Sequence record: SRR31156797_5854
DNA: 20,000 nucleotides
Strand: one strand, 5' to 3'
A model generated the notes under the pieces. It was not told where the DNA came from. It did no database searches and worked only from the letters and a program-made list of their open reading frames with translations. Positions 7,193-14,062 of the stretch are shown piece after piece (positions within the stretch are counted from its first letter, which is position 1; every line of letters starts with the position of its first letter). The position numbers were made by a program, and so were the translations under genes.

Positions 7193-8605
7193 CTAGTACG
7201 CTCCTTTTCCTAATAAAAGCACTACTACGGTTTTCCCTATTGTTCTTATGTCTTCCCATATAGACCATTTCTCAATATATTCTTTTTCCATTTTTACAAC
7301 TGCTTCGAAATCCAATATATCGCTTCTTCCATTTGCCTGCCACATACCAGTAATACCTGGAATCATTGACAATCTGACAAAATGTCTTTTTTCATATTCT
7401 TTTACTTCGCTTACTGTAGGTGGTCTTGTACCTACCAAACTCATATCTCCTTTTAATACATTTATAAACTGTGGGAATTCATCAATACTTGTCTTTCTCA
7501 GGAATTTTCCGATTTTTGTTATTCTTGGGTCATTGTCAATCTTAAACAATTGCCCCTTCATCTTATTATGTTTCTTAAGATCAGCCTTTTTGGCTTCAGC
7601 ATCATTACACATGGTCCTGAACTTATATATTTCAAATATTCTTCCGTTCTTGCCTACCCTGTCTTGTTTGAACAGAACCGGACCCTTGCTTCCAATTTTT
7701 ATTATCGGAGCAAATATTATAAACATTACTGCAAACAAAACAAATCCTATAGAACCCCCGAATAAATCCAAACATCTTTTAAGAAACAACTGACCATAAT
7801 TAAGGTGATGTATGGAGTACCTTATAGCCGGTATGTTCTCCTTAAAGGTGATTTTCCAATCTTCAAATCCCGGTATATATGGTTCAATAACCGCAGTTAC
7901 AGATACGCCTCTTTCCTTGCAAGTGCTTATAATTTCCCTATATTCGTCTTCGTATGTTCTCTTTTGGTCAATTACCACATGATCTATGGTTTCGCCTTTT
8001 ATTAATTCATTAAAAGAAGCTAATTTACCTTTATGCTTGACTTCGCAGGCTTCCATCATCTTGCATGGTTCATTGCTCAGATAGCCAATAATATCAGTAC
8101 CCATAAATTCATTTATTTTCACATATTTATGGTATCTTACTGTATCATCTGAGCTGCTAAGTATCAGTGTTTTTACAGCATTATTTTTGTATGAACCTTT
8201 ACGAATTAAGTACATAAGTATTCTATTGGTTACTGTAAATATAAAGTAAACAGTGGTAAAAACCACAAGTAACAGGAAACCCATTCCTGTGTTTTTGCTT
8301 AATAGTATTACCATTAATTCACTAATGCAAACGCTTAATCCTACCAGAGTAATTATAGTAAGAAACTTATTCAAAATGGTTTTATATTTGGATAAATCAT
8401 CTTGATAAACATTAAACAATGTGAACAAAACCGCAATCATAGCGGTTACAGATACTATAAAAGAAGCGCCTTTTAGCGAACTGGGAATCATTCGTAAAAA
8501 GTTCTCCCTCATTATTTTAGTACATATAATATAAGCAAACTGTATGCCTATTAAATCCAAAAAAAGATATTGAATCTTTAACAGTGTGGCTTTACTTTTC
8601 AACAT
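7193..8605 (-). CDS. cpsE: Priming polyprenyl-phosphate hexose-1-phosphate transferase (CpsE/WcaJ-like)
   Basis: Four N-terminal TM helices; KRCLD, FKQDRVGKNG, YKFRTM, DPRITKIGKFLRKTSIDEFPQFINVLKGDMSLVGTRP, PGITGMWQ. Confidence 0.93.
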   Translation of the reverse strand: MLKSKATLLKIQYLFLDLIGIQFAYIICTKIMRENFLRMIPSSLKGASFIVSVTAMIAVLFTLFNVYQDDLSKYKTILNKFLTIITLVGLSVCISELMVILLSKNTGMGFLLLVVFTTVYFIFTVTNRILMYLIRKGSYKNNAVKTLILSSSDDTVRYHKYVKINEFMGTDIIGYLSNEPCKMMEACEVKHKGKLASFNELIKGETIDHVVIDQKRTYEDEYREIISTCKERGVSVTAVIEPYIPGFEDWKITFKENIPAIRYSIHHLNYGQLFLKRCLDLFGGSIGFVLFAVMFIIFAPIIKIGSKGPVLFKQDRVGKNGRIFEIYKFRTMCNDAEAKKADLKKHNKMKGQLFKIDNDPRITKIGKFLRKTSIDEFPQFINVLKGDMSLVGTRPPTVSEVKEYEKRHFVRLSMIPGITGMWQANGRSDILDFEAVVKMEKEYIEKWSIWEDIRTIGKTVVVLLLGKGAY

Positions 8606-8957
8606 TTATTAATCTACCTCATTAATTGTATGTTAATTATCCTATATATATGTAATCAAATAATGTATTTAACAATTTAAACATATTTTCTATTTATTGG
8701 CAAGCAATTATGTCGCATTTCTATCCTTTTCTTATAAATCCTACTTATTTTTACAGATTTTTGCATCAGTGGATAAACAAATACTCTACTATAATACATA
8801 CGTGCAAAAAATCTAGTCTTTGCACTATACAATTATAAATAGAGAAGTTGTTAATAACACTTATAGTTTCCTATTACTATATGTTATTAATTTCTGAAAC
8901 ATGTATCTTGTTCTTCGCTGCAGCTATATTTTTATTGTTAACCTATTATATTGAAGA

Positions 8958-9890
8958 TTATAAAATATCTTCGAATAAATCTTCTTTGTATACACCATTA
9001 TCTATAAGATTTTTAAATGAATTCACTACAACAGGTTTATCCTCTTTATAAGTTACACCAAACCATTTATCTGTTGTTTCCAATACTTTTACAGATACCC
9101 TCTTCTCTCTTAAGAGCTGTCCGATATATATTGGAAGCAGATACTCTGCTTTTAAATCACTATCATCAATAGTCTCAAAGAATTTCTCAAATCCTTTTAT
9201 GAGTAAATCCATAAACTCAGGTGTTAATCCCCACATATTCATAGAAACATACGAATTAGGATCAATAACTATATCACCTGCCATTGCCCCATCTGGAGTT
9301 TTAACAATGTTTGATGTTTCCTGCACATCAGTTAAATAACCATTATCATCTACTACGCAAATACCTCTGGTTACACCGCCATTATCGCTAAGAGTATTTT
9401 TTAGTATAAATCCTGCTAAGCAGTAGCTATTTGCATTCTCTGAATTATAATCAAGCAAGAAGTAATGGATTTTTACAAATGCTTCTTTACCATAATAATC
9501 ATCTGCATTAATTACAGCAAAAGGTTCATTTATCATCCCTTTACAAGCTAATACGGCTTGTCCTGTGCCCCAAGGTTTTGTACGATCTTCAGGTAATGAT
9601 ACTCCTTCTGGTAAATCATCTAAAGCCTGAAATGCGTACATAATTTCCACACCCAGCTTTTCACAGATTGATTCTATTCTATTGCCAATAATTTCTCTAA
9701 AGTCTGATTCTATGTCTTTGCGAATAATAAAGATTATCTTGTTAAATCCTGCTTGAATAGCGTCATGGATAGAATAATCCATAATTATTTCACCATTTGG
9801 TCCCACTGCTTCCAGTTGCTTAATTCCTCCGCCGAATCTTGAACCGATACCAGCTGCCATAATTACCAATGAAGTCTTTACTTTATTCAT
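8958..9890 (-). CDS. Sugar-phosphate nucleotidyltransferase (NTP_transferase family)
   Basis: LVIMAAGIGSRFGGGIKQL, RTKPWGTGQAVL, FAVINADDYYG, VSMNMWG; RBS AGGAGA. Confidence 0.92.
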   Translation of the reverse strand: MNKVKTSLVIMAAGIGSRFGGGIKQLEAVGPNGEIIMDYSIHDAIQAGFNKIIFIIRKDIESDFREIIGNRIESICEKLGVEIMYAFQALDDLPEGVSLPEDRTKPWGTGQAVLACKGMINEPFAVINADDYYGKEAFVKIHYFLLDYNSENANSYCLAGFILKNTLSDNGGVTRGICVVDDNGYLTDVQETSNIVKTPDGAMAGDIVIDPNSYVSMNMWGLTPEFMDLLIKGFEKFFETIDDSDLKAEYLLPIYIGQLLREKRVSVKVLETTDKWFGVTYKEDKPVVVNSFKNLIDNGVYKEDLFEDIL

Positions 9891-9997
9891 TTCATTCTCC
9901 TATTACAGAATATCATATTAGCCTAATAATCACCGTTTTGTAAATCAAATCTAGTTCCTAAAAAACAAGTAATCAAAACAGTATAGTAAATGCAGTC

Positions 9998-10026
9998 TAC
10001 TTCCTGTACTTCCTGTACTTCCTGTA
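9998..10026. repeat. 9-bp tandem repeat (TACTTCCTG)x3 plus TA
   Basis: Exact copies at 9998, 10007 and 10016. Confidence 0.9.
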
Positions 10027-10147
10027 TATATTAGGCATGATATACATTAAAGCTGCAATTCATATAATCAACTTGTTAAGATGTTGTTATAAATTCCATA
10101 AAATCACTTTTAATTAACTTGTGCTTAATAACATATATCGCCAAACT

Positions 10148-10176
10148 ATTGTACTACATTTTTTCTGCAAAGTAAA
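10148..10176 (-). promoter_or_regulatory. Possible sigmaA promoter of the nucleotidyltransferase
   Basis: Minus strand TTTACT-17 nt-TACAAT; the AT-rich context weakens the call. Confidence 0.3.
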
Positions 10177-10390
10177 TCAGTTAGTTATCATTACTAACCA
10201 ATTATAAGGGTTTTTTAGAGACAATATAGAATACAGTACTCATTAGAGCTTAACTGTGTTCTATATCTTTATAATTAAGTAATAATATTCCTATTAGCAG
10301 ACTTTTTTAAACATTTTGCATATAATCATTGCAATATTTTATATAAACTAGTGCTAAATATCGAGTCAAATAATCAATTACTATAACTGC

Positions 10391-10419
10391 TTGAAAAAAG
10401 TGTTGAAATGTAATACAAT
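10391..10419 (+). promoter_or_regulatory. Putative sigmaA promoter of murA
   Basis: TTGAAA (10391-10396), 17 nt spacer, TACAAT (10414-10419). Confidence 0.65.
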
Positions 10420-10563
10420 GAACTACGATAAACATGCTTTGCGCATGTTTATGCTAGGTTATGGAAAAGAGAGCAAGTTAGTAGAATTCTCTTTTCAATA
10501 GTCAAAAAGTATTTTATAAAATACTTACATATTCCTATAAGTAATTAGAAGGGAACTATACTT

Positions 10564-11820
10564 TTGAGTAGCAGAATAGTTATAAACGGCAATAAACCCT
10601 TATGCGGCGAAGTAACCGTATCAGGAGGCAAAAATCCATCAGTAGCAGTAATTCCAGCAGCTTTGCTGTGTGATGATATTGTATATATTGAGAACGTTCC
10701 TATCATTGAAGATGTATTGGTATTACAGAAAATGATGGAAGCATTAGGTGCACAAGTCAGTATTGAAAATAACATTATGAAAGTTGACCCAAGAAATGTT
10801 TCAAAGCATAAAGCACCTGTTGCACTTGCGAGAGAAATGAGAGCAAGCTACTATCTGATGGGGGCACTATTAGGCAGATTTGGCAAAGCAGAAGTTGCTT
10901 TCCCCGGCGGATGTGATATTGGCTCAAGACCAATGGATCAGCACCTAAAAGGTCTGCGTGCATTGGGAGCAGATGTTGAATTAAAAAACGGTGTTTATGT
11001 TTGTAATGCTGATAAATTGACAGGCTGTGAAATATATATGGATTTAGCTAGCGTAGGAGCTACAGTCAACATTATGCTTGCTGCTGCAAAAGCAGAGGGA
11101 ACAACAACAATAGTTAATGCTGCTAGGGAACCGCATGTTGTTGACCTGGCCAACTTCTTGTCTGCTATGGGAGCCAGCGTAAAAGGTGCTGGAACGGAAA
11201 CAATCAGAATACGTGGTGCTAAAAAGCTAAAATCATGCAGATACTCTATCCTGCCTGATCAGATAGAAACTGGAACGTGGATGGCATTGGCAGCTGCAAC
11301 CAAAGGTGATATTACTATCCATGGATGTGTACCATTTCATATGGAGTCAGTATCAGCAAAGTTAGCTGAAATGGGAATTGAAGTAATTGAAGGTGAGGAT
11401 TTTCTGCGTGTTATTGGTAAAAATCGTCCTAAACCTGCGCACATACAAACCCTACCATATCCTGGTTTTCCAACCGACTTACAGCAGCCTTTTTCTGTAC
11501 TGTTGTCAGTAGCTTCTGGTACATCTATGGTAATTGAAACAATCTTTGAATCCAGATTCCGTCACATTGATGAATTGCGACGTATGGGTGCTACAATACA
11601 AATAAGCGGTGAAATTGCCATTATAAACGGCGTAGACGAATTATCAGGTGCTGAAGTCTCTGCTTCTGATCTGCGAGCTGGTGCAGCTCTGATAGTTGCA
11701 GGATGTATGGCAACAGGTACAACTATTATTTCCAATACCAAGTATATTGATCGAGGATATGAAGATATTGTAGGCAAGCTTCAGTCAGTCGGTGCTGATG
11801 TTCATAGAGAAGAGATATAA
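10564..11820 (+). CDS. murA: UDP-N-acetylglucosamine 1-carboxyvinyltransferase
   Basis: SGGKN, MRASYYLMGALL, PGGCDIGSRP (active-site Cys), PYPGFPTDLQQ, DLRAGAAL, IDRGYE; TTG start with RBS AGAAGGGA. Confidence 0.97.
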   Translation: MSSRIVINGNKPLCGEVTVSGGKNPSVAVIPAALLCDDIVYIENVPIIEDVLVLQKMMEALGAQVSIENNIMKVDPRNVSKHKAPVALAREMRASYYLMGALLGRFGKAEVAFPGGCDIGSRPMDQHLKGLRALGADVELKNGVYVCNADKLTGCEIYMDLASVGATVNIMLAAAKAEGTTTIVNAAREPHVVDLANFLSAMGASVKGAGTETIRIRGAKKLKSCRYSILPDQIETGTWMALAAATKGDITIHGCVPFHMESVSAKLAEMGIEVIEGEDFLRVIGKNRPKPAHIQTLPYPGFPTDLQQPFSVLLSVASGTSMVIETIFESRFRHIDELRRMGATIQISGEIAIINGVDELSGAEVSASDLRAGAALIVAGCMATGTTIISNTKYIDRGYEDIVGKLQSVGADVHREEI

Positions 11821-11880
11821 TATATTTTTTGATACAATGTTACTATTTATCAATTTAATTGTTAATAAATTGTAACTCGA

Positions 11881-11909
11881 TTTGTATTTTCCATATTTAA
11901 TGGTATAAT
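11881..11909 (+). promoter_or_regulatory. Putative extended -10 promoter of the pilin gene
   Basis: TG-G-TATAAT at 11901-11909 with TTGTAT 16 nt upstream. Confidence 0.55.
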
Positions 11910-11960
11910 TAATTGTATGTAATTACATTTATCTATGTCGATAAAGTAAGGAGGTTAGCA

Positions 11961-12575
11961 ATGCGTAATGATAAAGGTTTCACACTACTTGAAATAGTTA
12001 TTATTTTATCGGTTATGGCAATAATAGCTTCGGTTGCTATACCTAATTATATGTTAACATGGAAAGACAAAAGCTTAGATGCTGATAAAATGGCATTATT
12101 CTCTTTGAATGACGCAACCAAATCCCTTGCTATGGTACAAGATGTAAGTTTAGAAAACATCTTTAATGGATATGAGTCAAATTCAGACAAAATGGATTAC
12201 TTGGTTCAGAATGGCTTTGTAATATCTGTTCCTACTCCAGAAACTATTGATGCATACTTTGCATGGGATACAGAAAATACTGAATGGGTTTTAGTGTGTA
12301 TTGACGGTTCAAAGAAAACAAGTGAAAACTTAGTTCTGAGATATAGTAGCGGTGAGAGCTCATCAGATAACGATAATCTTTATATTGACCCAGACTCAAT
12401 CGAGGATTACTGCTCGGATGAAACATATAATAGAGGTGATATAGTAAAATATAAGGGCAAAATATTCGTATGCTCACCAAAAAATGACAAAAAGGATACT
12501 ATATCAGATATCAGTCCAATAAAAAATAGTCAAATAAACAGTAATTACTGGGAAGAAATTGAATTGGATGATTAA
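11961..12575 (+). CDS. Type IV pilin-like protein with C-terminal CBM5/12-like module
   Basis: Start reassigned to ATG 11961 (RBS AAGGAGG). Class III signal MRNDKG|FTLLEIVIILSVMAIIASVAIPNY; C-terminus TYNRGDIVKYKGKIF...SP...YWEE. Confidence 0.88.
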   Translation: MRNDKGFTLLEIVIILSVMAIIASVAIPNYMLTWKDKSLDADKMALFSLNDATKSLAMVQDVSLENIFNGYESNSDKMDYLVQNGFVISVPTPETIDAYFAWDTENTEWVLVCIDGSKKTSENLVLRYSSGESSSDNDNLYIDPDSIEDYCSDETYNRGDIVKYKGKIFVCSPKNDKKDTISDISPIKNSQINSNYWEEIELDD

Positions 12576-12701
12576 TACTTGAATGCCCATTATGCAGACA
12601 TAATATTTAATTATTGTGATTGAATAAATTATTATTATTTCCTCGTTTCAGTATCATGTACAACGAATTTTGTAAAATTTTCTAGATTCATTCACGAGAC
12701 C

Positions 12702-12730
12702 TTGATATTGAATAGATATTATGTTACAAT
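12702..12730 (+). promoter_or_regulatory. sigmaA promoter of the T-box-pheST operon
   Basis: TTGATA (12702-12707), 17 nt spacer, TG-T-TACAAT (12722-12730). Confidence 0.75.
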
Positions 12731-12757
12731 GCAAAAAAGTTTTTAACTTAATTAGTA

Positions 12758-12974
12758 AATGCAATGATAAAGCAAAGTAAGATATGGTGGATATTATCTC
12801 TAAGAGAGAGCTGTTACTAGCTGAAAGCAGCTTAGATAATACTATATACGAATTTCACTTTGGAGGCAGGTCATCTGACACGTAGGTTGACACGGAGCAC
12901 ACCGTTATGTGCATACTACTTAATTAGGTGGTTAACGTGTGATATTTCCTCGTCCTTTTATGGGCGGGGTTTTT
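12758..12974 (+). ncRNA. Phe-specific T-box riboswitch leader
   Basis: GA motif, AGTA bulge, AGAGA and GCTGA stem I apex motifs, specifier TTC at 12854-12856, CCGTTA F-box, T-box AATTAGGTGGTTAACGTG (12922-12939), and terminator; directly upstream of pheS. Confidence 0.92.
12948..12974 (+). terminator. T-box attenuator terminator
   Basis: CCTCGTCC-TTTTAT-GGGCGGGG-TTTTT. Confidence 0.85.
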
Positions 12975-13012
12975 AAGTTTAACAAATAAATACTTCAAGA
13001 AAGAGTGATATT

Positions 13013-14047
13013 ATGCAAGATGAATTAAACAAAATTATTGAGCAGTCAGGCTTGGATTTAGATTCTGCTGAAACTGCTGATGATTTACAGCTGCTTAGAC
13101 AGTCCCACTTGGGGAAAAAGGGGAAATTTACACAGCTGCTGAAATCCCTTGGCTCATTATCAGCTGATGAAAGGCCAAAAGCCGGTAAGATGATAAATGA
13201 AGCAAGACAGAGATTCGAGGCTGCCCTGTCTAAGCAGGAAGCCAAGTTCAAAGATGTAGAGAAACAGATTCGGCTTTCCCTAGAAACAATCGATGTAACC
13301 TTGCCGGGTGAGAAATCAACTGTAGGTTCAGCTCATCCTTTGAGCTTAGTTCGCAGTGAGCTAGAAGATATTTTTATCGCCATGGGATTTGAAATCGCAG
13401 AAGGTCCGGAAATAGAGCTGGATCACTTCAACTTTGAGCTCCTTAATGTTCCAAAAGGTCACCCTGCCAGAGATATGCAGGATTCATTCTATATAAATGA
13501 GAATACCCTCCTAAGAACCCACACCTCTCCTGTTCAAGCAAGAGTTATGACAACCCAGAAGCCTCCAATAAGGATTATCTGCCCTGGGCGTGTGTACAGA
13601 TTTGACGAAGTAGATGCCACTCATTCACCTGTATTCCATCAATGCGAAGGATTAGTAATAGACAAAGGCATCAATATGGGACATTTGCATGGTACTATTA
13701 ATACTTTTGCAAAGCAGCTATTTGGAAGTTCTATAAAGACACGTTTCCGTCCTTCTTTCTTCCCTTTCACCGAGCCAAGTGCTGAAGTAGACGTGTCATG
13801 TTATCTGTGCGGCGGCGATGACCCAAATTGCCGTGTATGCAGAGGCGGAGGCTGGGTAGAGATATTAGGCTGTGGTATGGTCAATCCTAATGTACTGAAG
13901 ATGTGCGGTATCGACCCTGATGTCTATTCAGGCTTTGCATTCGGTATGGGGCTTGACAGAATAACAGTTACAAGGTACACAATCAGTGACCTACGTACTC
14001 TGTTTGAAAACGACATGAGATTCCTGAAGCAATTCTCAGGTCTGTAA
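13013..14047 (+). CDS. pheS: Phenylalanine--tRNA ligase alpha subunit
   Basis: HPARDMQDSFY, LLRTHTSPVQ, FRPSFFPFTEPSAE, GFAFGMGLDR; Firmicutes-type Cys cluster CYLC...CRVC. Confidence 0.98.
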   Translation: MQDELNKIIEQSGLDLDSAETADDLQLLRQSHLGKKGKFTQLLKSLGSLSADERPKAGKMINEARQRFEAALSKQEAKFKDVEKQIRLSLETIDVTLPGEKSTVGSAHPLSLVRSELEDIFIAMGFEIAEGPEIELDHFNFELLNVPKGHPARDMQDSFYINENTLLRTHTSPVQARVMTTQKPPIRIICPGRVYRFDEVDATHSPVFHQCEGLVIDKGINMGHLHGTINTFAKQLFGSSIKTRFRPSFFPFTEPSAEVDVSCYLCGGDDPNCRVCRGGGWVEILGCGMVNPNVLKMCGIDPDVYSGFAFGMGLDRITVTRYTISDLRTLFENDMRFLKQFSGL

Positions 14048-14062
14048 GAAAGGGGAAGAAAT

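Noticed and set aside
3248-9051. Plus-strand short ORFs (3248, 3442, 4000, 5217, 5426, 5646, 6182, 7248, 7550, 7805, 8848)
   Set aside because: Antisense shadows of well-supported minus-strand genes or AT-rich intergenic noise; no RBS or family motifs.
9998-10026. Repeat as a CRISPR array
   Set aside because: Units are 9 bp and contiguous, with no spacers; no cas genes in the window.
10900-10935. Fosfomycin-resistant MurA variant
   Set aside because: The active-site Cys is retained (GGCDIGSRP); there is no Cys-to-Asp change.
11913-11960. Upstream TTG start of the pilin ORF
   Set aside because: ATG at 11961 has a strong RBS and gives a normal 6-aa prepilin leader; the TTG lies only 3 nt from the predicted -10 box.
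13795-13845. Four-Cys cluster in PheS as a novelty
   Set aside because: CxxC...CxxC at this position is common in Firmicutes PheS.
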